In this document: positions 29,222 to 37,564 of the stretch, one piece after another
How positions within the stretch are numbered: position 1 is the stretch's first letter
Layout: each line of letters begins with the position of its first letter
Assembly (NCBI GenBank): GCA_039931865.1
Contig: JBDTRB010000005.1
Span: 137-64,136 of the forward strand
From: Acidobacteriota bacterium
Lineage (GTDB): Bacteria > Acidobacteriota > Thermoanaerobaculia > UBA5066 > Gp7-AA6
Length of the DNA stretch: 64,000 nucleotides
Direction: 5' to 3'
Notes under the pieces: generated by a model
The model's database searches: none
What the model was told of the DNA's origin: nothing
The model's input: the letters and a program-made list of their open reading frames with translations, nothing else
Program-made: the position numbers and the translations under genes

Positions 29222-31195
29222 ATGGCGAGAAGACCGGACGAGACGATCGAAGCCCTGCTCCTCGAAAAGCGGCGTTTCAAGCCGCCCAAGGCGTTCGCCG
29301 CCGCCGCCAACGTGTCGAACCCGTCGGTGTACGCGAAGGCGGACCGCGACTTCGAGAAGTTCTGGGAGCGTTTCGCGGGCGAGCTCGAGTGGATGAAGCC
29401 CTGGAAAAAGGTCCTCGACTGGAAGCCGCCGAGGGCGAAATGGTTCGTCGGCGGCAAGCTGAACGCGTCGGTGAACTGCGTGGACCGGCACGCCCGGGGA
29501 CCGCGCGCCAACAAGGCGGCGCTGATCTGGGAGGGGGAGCCCGGCGACACCCGCACGCTCACCTACCGGGAGCTCCTCCGGGAAGTCTCGAGATTTTCGA
29601 ACGTGTTGAAGTCCCTCGGAGTCGGAAAGGGCGACCGCGTCACCCTCTACATGCCGATGATTCCTGAGCTGCCGGTGGCGATGCTCGCGTGCGCCCGGAT
29701 TGGAGCGATCCATTCGGTCGTGTTCGGGGGGTTCTCCGCCGAGTCGCTGCGGGACCGGATCAACGATCAGGGCGCGAAGATCCTGGTGACCGCGGACGGC
29801 GGATGGCGCCGCGGAAACGTCGTTCCGTTGAAGAAGATCTCCGACGAGGCGCTGATGGACACCCCGACCATCGAAAAGATGATCGTCGTCAAGCGGACCG
29901 GAACCGAAGTGAGCTGGCAAGCGGGTCGGGATCTCTGGTGGTCCGAGCTGATGTCAGGCGCCCCGTCGCAGTGCCCCCCCGAGAAGATGGACTCCGAGGA
30001 TCCCCTCTACATCCTCTACACGTCCGGAACGACCGGAAAGCCGAAGGGCATCCTGCACACCACAGCCGGGTACCTCCTCGGGACCTACGCCACGAGCAAG
30101 TGGGTCTTCGACCTGAAGGAAGACGACGTTTACTGGTGCACGGCGGACATCGGATGGGTCACCGGGCATTCTTACGTGGTCTACGGCCCGCTTGCGAACG
30201 GGGCGACGTGCCTCATGTACGAAGGAGCGCCCGATACCCCGACGCGCGGCCGTTTCTGGGAGCTCATCGAGCGCCACGGCGTCACGATCCTGTACACCGC
30301 GCCGACGGCGATTCGCGCGTTCATGAAGTGGGGGACGGAGTGGCCCGAGAAGCACGACCTCTCCTCGCTCCGCCTCTTGGGATCCGTCGGAGAGCCGATC
30401 AACCCCGAAGCGTGGATCTGGTACCAGACGTACATCGGCGGCGGGAAGTGTCCGGTCGTCGACACCTGGTGGCAGACGGAAACCGGAATGATCATGATCA
30501 CGCCGCTGCCGGGCATCACGACGACGCGGCCGGGGTCGGCGACTCAGGCCTTCCCCGGAGTCCGCGCGGAAATCCTGGATCAGGACGGCCGTAAGGTCGG
30601 TGTGGGCGGAGGGTACCTCGCGATCACACGTCCCTGGCCCGCCATGCTGCGGACGATCTGGCGCGACGACGAGCGGTACGTGAAGACCTACTGGTCGAAG
30701 TGGAACGAGGAGACCTATTTTCCGGGTGACGGCGCGAAGCGCGACAAGGACGGGTATTTCTGGTTGCTCGGGCGCGTCGACGACGTCATGAACGTGGCCG
30801 GACACCGCATCGGAACGATGGAGGTCGAATCGGCGCTCGTTGATCATCCTGCGGTGGCGGAGGCCGCGGTCGTGGGCGTGAACGACGAAATCAAGGGCAC
30901 CGCGATTGCCGCGTTCGTCATCCTGAAGGAAAAGTCCCGGACGGGAGCGGCGGCGGCGGGCGGAAGCGGGCTCCGCGCGGAGCTTTTGGCGCACGTCGCG
31001 AAGAAGATCGGCGCGATCGCGAAGCCGGAGCGGCTCTTCTTCACCGCCGACCTGCCGAAGACGAGGTCGGGGAAGATCATGCGACGCCTGCTGCGGGACA
31101 TCGCCGAGGGCCGGGTCCTCGGCGACACGACCACCCTGGCGGATCCGACGGTGGTGTCGTCTCTGAAGAGTCAGTACGAGGACAAAGAGGGATGA
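29222..31195 (+). CDS. acs: Acetyl-CoA synthetase
   Basis: [38 protein letters not shown]. Confidence 0.96.
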   Translation: MARRPDETIEALLLEKRRFKPPKAFAAAANVSNPSVYAKADRDFEKFWERFAGELEWMKPWKKVLDWKPPRAKWFVGGKLNASVNCVDRHARGPRANKAALIWEGEPGDTRTLTYRELLREVSRFSNVLKSLGVGKGDRVTLYMPMIPELPVAMLACARIGAIHSVVFGGFSAESLRDRINDQGAKILVTADGGWRRGNVVPLKKISDEALMDTPTIEKMIVVKRTGTEVSWQAGRDLWWSELMSGAPSQCPPEKMDSEDPLYILYTSGTTGKPKGILHTTAGYLLGTYATSKWVFDLKEDDVYWCTADIGWVTGHSYVVYGPLANGATCLMYEGAPDTPTRGRFWELIERHGVTILYTAPTAIRAFMKWGTEWPEKHDLSSLRLLGSVGEPINPEAWIWYQTYIGGGKCPVVDTWWQTETGMIMITPLPGITTTRPGSATQAFPGVRAEILDQDGRKVGVGGGYLAITRPWPAMLRTIWRDDERYVKTYWSKWNEETYFPGDGAKRDKDGYFWLLGRVDDVMNVAGHRIGTMEVESALVDHPAVAEAAVVGVNDEIKGTAIAAFVILKEKSRTGAAAAGGSGLRAELLAHVAKKIGAIAKPERLFFTADLPKTRSGKIMRRLLRDIAEGRVLGDTTTLADPTVVSSLKSQYEDKEG

Positions 31196-31303
31196 GGCGG
31201 GAATCGCCTGGCCTATCGATCGGGGAGACGAGTGGCTGACAGCTGAGAACTCGATCCCGACGGCTCCGCCCCGTCCCCCCTCCGTCGCTTACAATTCCAG
31301 GCA

Positions 31304-32494
31304 GTGCTCTCTACCGGCGGGGTTCTCGACGCTCGGACTCTGGGCCGACTCGAGCGCTGGCGGAAAGCGCGTGCGCTGTTTGTCCGGCCGGACGGTCCGG
31401 ATGCAGAGCGCGCGCTTTCCGCCGCGCTCGGAAAGGTCTGGGCGCGCGGGCAGATCTATGGACGATCCCGGCGGATCGCGGTCGAGCGGACGGCCTCGGA
31501 GCTCCTCGCCAGGATGGAGGAGGCCCTGGGGCCGCTCGCCGAGCACGTCCGCGTGGCTCCCGAGGACCCGGCGCAGACGAAATGGGACGCGATCGGGAAT
31601 CTTGCCCCGCTTCCGGCGTCCGCCCGGCAGGTGGGCGCGCTGTGGCTCGTCGACGCCCTCACGGCGGGCGCGCTGTTCGTGGAGTTCCAGCCGATCTTCG
31701 ACCTGCGTACGGGTGAGACCGTCGGGTTCGAAGGACTTCTTCGCGTCCGCACCCCGGAAGGGGCGACTCGCCTCGCCGCCGAGATCTTCCCGGCGGCGCA
31801 GCGCCTCGGGATCGCGCTCGCGTTCGAGCGGATCTCGTGGGTGAACGTCCTCGAGGCGGCATCGCGGCTGCCGGCTGACTCCATGCTGTTCTTGAACGTC
31901 AACCCGCGTCTGCTCGCCGGCGAAGGCGGTTTGTCGGGCCTCGGCGTCGAGGCCGAGCGCGTACAGTTTCCGTACACGCGCCTCGCGCTCGATCTCGTCG
32001 AGGTGGAACGCGTCGAGTCGCTCGAGCGTCTCGGATCAGCGCTCGCGGTGCCGCACGACCTCGGTGTCTCGATCGCTCTCGATGACATCACCTCGAGCTA
32101 CGAAACCATCCGCTACTGCGCGGGGCTCGCGCCGCGATGGATCAAGGTGGACAGCGAAATTACGCGAGGCGTCTCGACCGATCCCCCGCGGAGGGCGGTG
32201 CTCCGCCTCCTGGCGCAGGTTGCCCGCGACGCGTCCGTGGGTCTGATCGCAGAAGGCATCGAAAACCCCGAGGACCTGGACGTCTGTCTGTCTGAAGGCG
32301 TCTTCGCTGCGCAGGGATATTTCCTCGCCCGTCCGTCCGAAGAGCCGGGGACGGCGACCCCCGGGTTTCTGTCGTGGCTCGGCACGCATGCCGGGGCCAC
32401 CGGTCCCGATCCCGAGGCCTCTCGCGGGGAGAGTGACAGCCCGATGCCGGAAATCGCGCCCTCCCGCGAATCGGAGGAGGGCTTCGAGCTCTGA
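31304..32494 (+). CDS. EAL-domain protein with partly degenerate motifs
   Basis: FQPIFDL, FEGLLR, FLNVNP, IALDDITSSY, IKVD, AEGIE, AQGYFL. Confidence 0.85.
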   Translation: MLSTGGVLDARTLGRLERWRKARALFVRPDGPDAERALSAALGKVWARGQIYGRSRRIAVERTASELLARMEEALGPLAEHVRVAPEDPAQTKWDAIGNLAPLPASARQVGALWLVDALTAGALFVEFQPIFDLRTGETVGFEGLLRVRTPEGATRLAAEIFPAAQRLGIALAFERISWVNVLEAASRLPADSMLFLNVNPRLLAGEGGLSGLGVEAERVQFPYTRLALDLVEVERVESLERLGSALAVPHDLGVSIALDDITSSYETIRYCAGLAPRWIKVDSEITRGVSTDPPRRAVLRLLAQVARDASVGLIAEGIENPEDLDVCLSEGVFAAQGYFLARPSEEPGTATPGFLSWLGTHAGATGPDPEASRGESDSPMPEIAPSRESEEGFEL

Positions 32495-32886
32495 GCGCCT
32501 CCGACCCCACGACGACAGTCCGGCTCGACGTCTGGCTCGACGTGGCCTGTATCTACCCGACGCGGTCCCAGGCGAAAGCGGCGATCGAGGGAGGAAAGGT
32601 CGACGTCAACGGAGCGCGCGCGAAACCGCACCGCGAGGTCCGGATCGGGGACCGGCTCACGATCAGCTCATCGCGGGAAGATTCCAGGAGCCTGGTCGTC
32701 AAGGGGATCGCGTCGCGGTCGATCCCGAAGGCGCAGGCGCGGCAGTTGTACGAGGACGCGACCCCGCCGCCGTCGCCCGAAGTGGCGGAAGCGAGGCGGC
32801 TCGACCGGATGCTCGCGCCACGCGAGGACGCGGGCCGCCCCGACCGGCGCGAGCGCCGGGAACGCCGCGAGCGGAAGGGATTCTAA
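32491..32886 (+). CDS. hslR: Ribosome-associated heat-shock protein Hsp15 (S4 domain)
   Basis: VRLDVWL..RSQAKAAIEGGKV..GRPDRRERR; the conserved RLD motif lies upstream of GTG 32542, so the start is placed at CTG 32491. Confidence 0.85.
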   Translation: MSASDPTTTVRLDVWLDVACIYPTRSQAKAAIEGGKVDVNGARAKPHREVRIGDRLTISSSREDSRSLVVKGIASRSIPKAQARQLYEDATPPPSPEVAEARRLDRMLAPREDAGRPDRRERRERRERKGF

Positions 32887-33141
32887 CCGTCGCCTGCCGT
32901 CGCCTCCGCTCACTGCGGGAGCTGCCTTCGCCGTGCGCGTCGAAGGCACCGGCCGGCGGCTCGGCCGGATGCGGCCTCGACCGCCGGCCTGCTCCCTCCG
33001 TTCGCTGCGGCTCCCGCATCGAGAGGCTCCTCCCTCCCTCTGGTCGGGAGACTCCTCTCGATGCGAGCGTATTCGCCACGGCGGGCGTGCGCGCAGCGAC
33101 CTCCCTTTCCCGCCGCTCGGCGAGAGGGTTGGGGTGACGGG
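32887..33141 (+). repeat. Structured intergenic repeat, copy 2 of 3
   Basis: Begins immediately after the hslR stop; core near-identical to copies 1 and 3. Confidence 0.9.
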
Positions 33142-33253
33142 CTCAGGCAGCTGACGCTATTCAGCGCACATGACTACGCGAAATCAGCCGCGGCGCTGAT
33201 CGGGACAGCCTCCGCCGGTCGCTTCCCCTCCATCGCTCCGATACACTGCCGGA

Positions 33254-33541
33254 ATGGATTTCGAGCTTCTCTGCCCCTGCTGCAACGCGCGGTTGAAGAT
33301 CGACCCGGAGCTGAAGGCGGTCATCGCCCACGAGGCGCCGAAGGTTGCCCGCACGTTCCAGTCGGTCGATGACGCCATCGGCGCCCTGAAGACGCACGAC
33401 ATCGAGCGCGAAAAGAAATTCAACGCCTCGGTCGAGGCCGAAAAGTCGAAGAAGGATGTTCTGAACCGGAAGTTCGACGAGCTCTTCGACCGGGCCAAGA
33501 AGGACGACTCGCGCCCGATCCGCGATTTCGACCTGGATTAG
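33254..33541 (+). CDS. Small hypothetical protein with CPCC motif and charged helical C-terminus
   Basis: MDFELLCPCCNARLKIDP...RPIRDFDLD; TACACT box 6 nt upstream; good codon style. Confidence 0.75.
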   Translation: MDFELLCPCCNARLKIDPELKAVIAHEAPKVARTFQSVDDAIGALKTHDIEREKKFNASVEAEKSKKDVLNRKFDELFDRAKKDDSRPIRDFDLD

Positions 33542-33591
33542 AGAGAACGCTGCTTCGCGGCGCACGATCCTTCCCGGCCTGACCCCTGACC

Positions 33592-34566
33592 CTAACCCCT
33601 CACGCCTCCCGGGATCTGATACGCCATCTCTCTCAGGAGCGCGATGCGCCTGGCGATCGGCGGGTGGGTTGCGAAAAGGTCCGAGAACATTCCCGCCCGC
33701 TCGTTGATCGCGCGGCCCCGGGGATCCTCGATGCAGAGATGGGCGACGCCCTGCTTGATGGAGCGAGTCGGCTCGACCGCCGCCGCGATCTTTTCGAGAG
33801 CGGAGGCGAGGGCGAGCGGATTGCGTGTCAGCTCGGCACCCGTCGCATCGGCCAGGTATTCGCGCTCGCGCGAGACCGACATCGCCACGATCTGCGCGAT
33901 GACCGGCGCGAGCACCAGGGAGATCACCCACAGCACGAAGAAGACAACGCCGAGCCCGCCTCCGCCCCCGCTGTCGTCGTCGTCTCTCGACCCGCGGCCT
34001 CCCCACGACAAGCCTCGACTGCCCCAGTCGGAGATCAGCAGCACGGATCCGACCAGGGCTGCGACGACCGTCATCACGCGCACGTCGTAGTTCCTGACGT
34101 GCGACATTTCGTGGGAGACGACGGCCTGGAGCTCCTCGCGGTTCAGGACGTCGAGGAGCCCCGCCGTCACCGCGATCGACGACTTTTCCGGCCCGGAGCC
34201 GGTCGCAAAGGCGTTTGGATCCGGGTCCGGCACGACGTACACCGCGGGCTTCGGGAGTCCCGCCGCGATCGCCATCTCTTCGACCACGTTGTCGAGCAGC
34301 TTCTGGCGGGGGTCCGAACGATCGAGCGGGCGAGCGTGCGTGGATTCCAGGACGGCCCGTTCGCCCCCTTTGAGCGACCAGAGAGCCGAGCCCCCGCCGA
34401 AAAGAAGCGCCCCGATTGTCAGGACGGGCAGACCGGGGCTTCCCCCCGACCCGTAGAGGAAGAGATCGCCGCCCATCCCGAGCACGGTGACGAACGCGAT
34501 GAAGCCCGCCAGAAGGCCGGCGGTGCGTCGGAGGTTGTGGCGCTGTTGGTCGTAGAGGTTCGTCAG
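33592..34566 (-). CDS. htpX: HtpX-like M48 zinc metalloprotease
   Basis: PNAFATG, HEMSH (HExxH), SREREYLADA, THPP; frame extends upstream to CTG 34566 (LTNLYDQQRHNLRRT). Confidence 0.88.
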   Translation of the reverse strand: MTNLYDQQRHNLRRTAGLLAGFIAFVTVLGMGGDLFLYGSGGSPGLPVLTIGALLFGGGSALWSLKGGERAVLESTHARPLDRSDPRQKLLDNVVEEMAIAAGLPKPAVYVVPDPDPNAFATGSGPEKSSIAVTAGLLDVLNREELQAVVSHEMSHVRNYDVRVMTVVAALVGSVLLISDWGSRGLSWGGRGSRDDDDSGGGGGLGVVFFVLWVISLVLAPVIAQIVAMSVSREREYLADATGAELTRNPLALASALEKIAAAVEPTRSIKQGVAHLCIEDPRGRAINERAGMFSDLFATHPPIARRIALLREMAYQIPGGVRG

Positions 34567-34572
34567 GGGTGG

Positions 34573-34727
34573 CTCTCAGCTTTCAGATCTCAGCTCTGGG
34601 GAAAAACCGTTTCGCTAAAGTAACGAGCAGCTCGAGAGGACGATCGAGAGGGCCTCGGGGCTGATAGCTGACAGTTGATAGTTGATACTGCAGCAGCCGA
34701 TAGCCGATAGCCGATAGCCGACAGCTA
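34573..34727. repeat. Opposed heptamer arrays (TCAGCTN-type and CTGATAG/CCGATAG-type)
   Basis: ctctcagctttcagatctcagct ... gctgatagctgacagttgatagttgatac..ccgatag x3 ccgacag. Confidence 0.8.
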
Positions 34728-35306
34728 CTTCGGCTTCAGGCTCAGGTCGACGGCCGGGACGTCACGCTCAGAGGGTTCGGTGATCTCGAAGAGCTCGACG
34801 TGCTGGAAGTTGAAAGCGCGCGCGATGAACTGGTCCGGGAAGACCTCCTGAACCGTGTTGAAGCGGGTGGCGATGTCGTTGTAGAACTGGCGCGCGAACC
34901 CGATCTTGTTCTCCGTCGAGGTGAGCTCCTCCATCAGGGCTTTGACGCTCTCGTTCGCCTTCAGGGTCGGGTAGTTCTCGGCCAGCGCGAACAGCCGGGA
35001 AAGGGTCTGCGTGAGCTGATTCTCCTTTTCCGCCGTGTCGGCGACGCCGCGCGCGGTGACCGCGCTGTTTCGCGCCTGGATGACCTTCTCCAGGGTGTCC
35101 TGCTCGAACTGCATCTCGCCCTTGACCGAGGCAATCAGGTTCGGAATCAGGTCGTGCCGGCGCTTCAACTGGACGTCGATCTGCTTCCAGGCGTTGGCGA
35201 CCTGGTTTTTCAGCGTGACCAGGTTGTTGTAACGCGAGATGGCCCAGATCGCCGCGGCAAACGCCGCCACGACCACGATCAGAAGGCACCCTCCGATGGC
35301 TCCCAT
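34725..35306 (-). CDS. lemA: LemA family protein
   Basis: YNNLV, IDVQLKRRHDLIPNL, AENYPTLKA, TENKIGFARQFYN; adjacent to htpX. Confidence 0.93.
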   Translation of the reverse strand: MGAIGGCLLIVVVAAFAAAIWAISRYNNLVTLKNQVANAWKQIDVQLKRRHDLIPNLIASVKGEMQFEQDTLEKVIQARNSAVTARGVADTAEKENQLTQTLSRLFALAENYPTLKANESVKALMEELTSTENKIGFARQFYNDIATRFNTVQEVFPDQFIARAFNFQHVELFEITEPSERDVPAVDLSLKPK

Positions 35307-35374
35307 GACGGTCCGCTCCTTCTCTGATACTTACGAAAAAGGCGCGGGCAAGTTCCGGCCGCCCGCCGCCCGAG

Positions 35375-36499
35375 TCAGGTATTCAATCCCTGTCGAAGCT
35401 CGCGTGCGAGGATCTCGACGGCCGATCGCGTCCCGCCGGTCATCTTTTCTTTCCAGGCGCCTTCCGTCTCGAAGCGCTTGTCGCCAACGGCCTCGGACCA
35501 GGGCCGCAGCGCCGCGTCCAGCTCTCCCGACGACCACACGTCTCCGGCGCGGCTTCGAATCATCGCGATGACGTAGGGCACGATTCGGATGAACGCGCGA
35601 AGGGAAGTCGCGCTCTTGATCGAATATTTCCGTCCGGCGAACGCCGCCGGGAAAGCGCGCCCCGCGGCCTTGAAGTAGTTGAGAAAAAAGCGGCGGGCAT
35701 TCTCCCGGAACTCCTTCGCCATGCGCCCGCCCGCCGCGTCCATCGCGGCGAAGACGTCGCGGAGCTCGTCCGCGAGCGAGGCCTGCGTCACGGCGCCCTT
35801 TCCGATTCCGAGCACCTTGATCTGACCGCGGAGCGGCGAGTGCTCGTCCTCGTTCAGACTGCGGATGACGTCGTGCGCCGCGGCGAGGTTCTCGTCGCGG
35901 TAAAGACGGCGGCCCGAGAGAGAGATCAGGTGCGACGGGTTCAGCTTCGTGTGTTTGCTGTTGATCGTGACGAAGAGCTCGACGACCTGGTCCGCCGTCA
36001 ATGCGTCGAATACGACGGCCGGGACCTGGAAGTCCTTCAGGTTGTGCTTCTCCGCGAGCTGGTGGAGCGCGAGCAGGCGGTGCTGACCGTCCAGGGCTCG
36101 CAGGATTCCGCCTTCGTCGGGCAGCCTCAGGGTCCCGATGTCGCTGCGCCCGCCCGACGGGGCAAAGTCGAGGCGCTTCTCGGACACCAGCAGCACGCTG
36201 CCCGCGATCGCGGGCAGCGTCCCGGAGTCCGCGCACTGGAGGTAGTAGGCGACCAGCTCCTCTATCTTCTTCTGGATGATCGGCCGTTGAAAAGCCTGCT
36301 CGGAGGAGCCGATCTTCTTCTCCAGGAATTCCCAGTTGACCCGCCCGCCGGCCTTCGCTTTTCCGCGGGTCGTCTGGCTGCCGGCCCCGAAGGACAGCAC
36401 CTCAAAACCAACGAGCGTCTGGAGATCCGCTCCGGAAAGCAGAGCCTCATAGAACCGCACGCCGAACTGGTTCAGTCGGAGTGAGGGAACGGACAGCAT
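35375..36499 (-). CDS. DGQHR-domain (DndB/ParB-like) protein
   Basis: FQRP motif, LRALDGQHRLLAL, LFVTINSKHTKL. Confidence 0.85.
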   Translation of the reverse strand: MLSVPSLRLNQFGVRFYEALLSGADLQTLVGFEVLSFGAGSQTTRGKAKAGGRVNWEFLEKKIGSSEQAFQRPIIQKKIEELVAYYLQCADSGTLPAIAGSVLLVSEKRLDFAPSGGRSDIGTLRLPDEGGILRALDGQHRLLALHQLAEKHNLKDFQVPAVVFDALTADQVVELFVTINSKHTKLNPSHLISLSGRRLYRDENLAAAHDVIRSLNEDEHSPLRGQIKVLGIGKGAVTQASLADELRDVFAAMDAAGGRMAKEFRENARRFFLNYFKAAGRAFPAAFAGRKYSIKSATSLRAFIRIVPYVIAMIRSRAGDVWSSGELDAALRPWSEAVGDKRFETEGAWKEKMTGGTRSAVEILARELRQGLNT

Positions 36500-36532
36500 C
36501 CTGGCCCCCTTATCTTTGGGGGAAGTATAGAA

Positions 36533-36771
36533 CGTCGCTCCGCTCGCTCCGGGAGCTGCCGTTCGCGACCGCGAACGGCACCGGCGGGCGGCTCGGCCGG
36601 ATGCGGCCTCGACCGCCCGCCTGCTCCCTCCGCTCGCTTCGCTCCCGCCCGGAGAGGCTCCTCCTTCCCTTCGGTCAGGAGACTCCTCTCCGGGCGAGCG
36701 TATTCGCCATTGAGGTGAGAGCGCGCCACTTCCCTCTCTCCGCGCTCGGGGAGAGGGTAGGGGTGACGGGG
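36533..36771 (+). repeat. Structured intergenic repeat, copy 3 of 3
   Basis: Same core plus terminal CCCTCTCTCC..GGAGAGGGTAGGGGTGACGGG hairpin. Confidence 0.9.
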
Positions 36772-36879
36772 TCCGAAGGTGGTTGCGCGAATTCCGCGCG
36801 CGCGACGGATCCTGCTGTCCGGGGGAGAGGTACAGAAAGGCGAGTAGCTGAACGCTCGACGCTCGAACTCAGCCTTTCC

Positions 36880-37224
36880 CTACGGCGGTGTCACTCTCCG
36901 CCAGTCGCTGCCGGATTCCATTTCGTCGTGGATCCGGCTGGCGCCGGTCAGGATTCCGACCAATTCGCGCGTCAGGAGTTTTTCCAGGTCCGGGAGGGCG
37001 TCCGGACCGGTGATCGGGACCGAACATTCGACCGTGTCCTGGCCGAGCGAGGCGAAGAACGGGGAGGATCGCCTCGTCCAGTCCGCGTCGTTGCGGCGGT
37101 GCTTGACCATGAGGAAAGCCGCCAGGCGTTGTTCGTCCCACGGCGCAGCCAGGGTCCAGCGGAAGTTTGCCCGCTGAGACTTGTGCTGTATTTCGGGGCC
37201 TTCTACGGCGAGGGCGATGGCCAT
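36880..37224 (-). CDS. Hypothetical protein
   Basis: 114-aa ORF with plausible composition; no motif recognised. Confidence 0.4.
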   Translation of the reverse strand: MAIALAVEGPEIQHKSQRANFRWTLAAPWDEQRLAAFLMVKHRRNDADWTRRSSPFFASLGQDTVECSVPITGPDALPDLEKLLTRELVGILTGASRIHDEMESGSDWRRVTPP

Positions 37225-37474
37225 GAATTCAACGGGAAGATTAACACCTGAGGCGAAAAAGCGGGCGCTGCTGGCTATCGAGACGGATCAGAAATCGATG
37301 ACCGCTTCGGCGAGCGTTCCGATGAGCGGACACTACGGAACCGAGACGACGAAGATGAAAAACGTCACCGAGCCCGAGCTCCGGGTCGGCGATTCCATCC
37401 ACTTCGACTACACGGAAAAGGATGGGGAAATGTGGCTGACGGAGCTGAGCAGGACGCACAAACCCAGGAGCTGA
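37217..37474 (+). CDS. Small hypothetical protein or remnant, CusF/OB-fold-like C-terminus
   Basis: LRVGDSIHFDYTEKDGEMWLTEL resembles small OB-fold ends; start uncertain; hairpin plus T-tract follows at ~37502-37529. Confidence 0.4.
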   Translation: MAMNSTGRLTPEAKKRALLAIETDQKSMTASASVPMSGHYGTETTKMKNVTEPELRVGDSIHFDYTEKDGEMWLTELSRTHKPRS

Positions 37475-37564
37475 CGGTTTCTCCGCTCTGACGGAATCTC
37501 AAGGGGTGCCGGCCGGGCCCCATTTTTATGAGAGCCGGGATAACCTGCCGCTCTTCGCGAAGTC

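Noticed and set aside
32521-32545. Tandem GGCTCGACGT repeat
   Set aside because: Simply encodes RLDVWLDV of Hsp15
14357-36771. Possible CRISPR array from the repeated elements or heptamer arrays
   Set aside because: Copies are dispersed, there is no repeat-spacer periodicity and no cas genes are present
36481-37251. 256-aa plus-strand ORF, and similar peptides at 32933-33154 and 14352-14549
   Set aside because: Translations of the structured repeat, not independent genes
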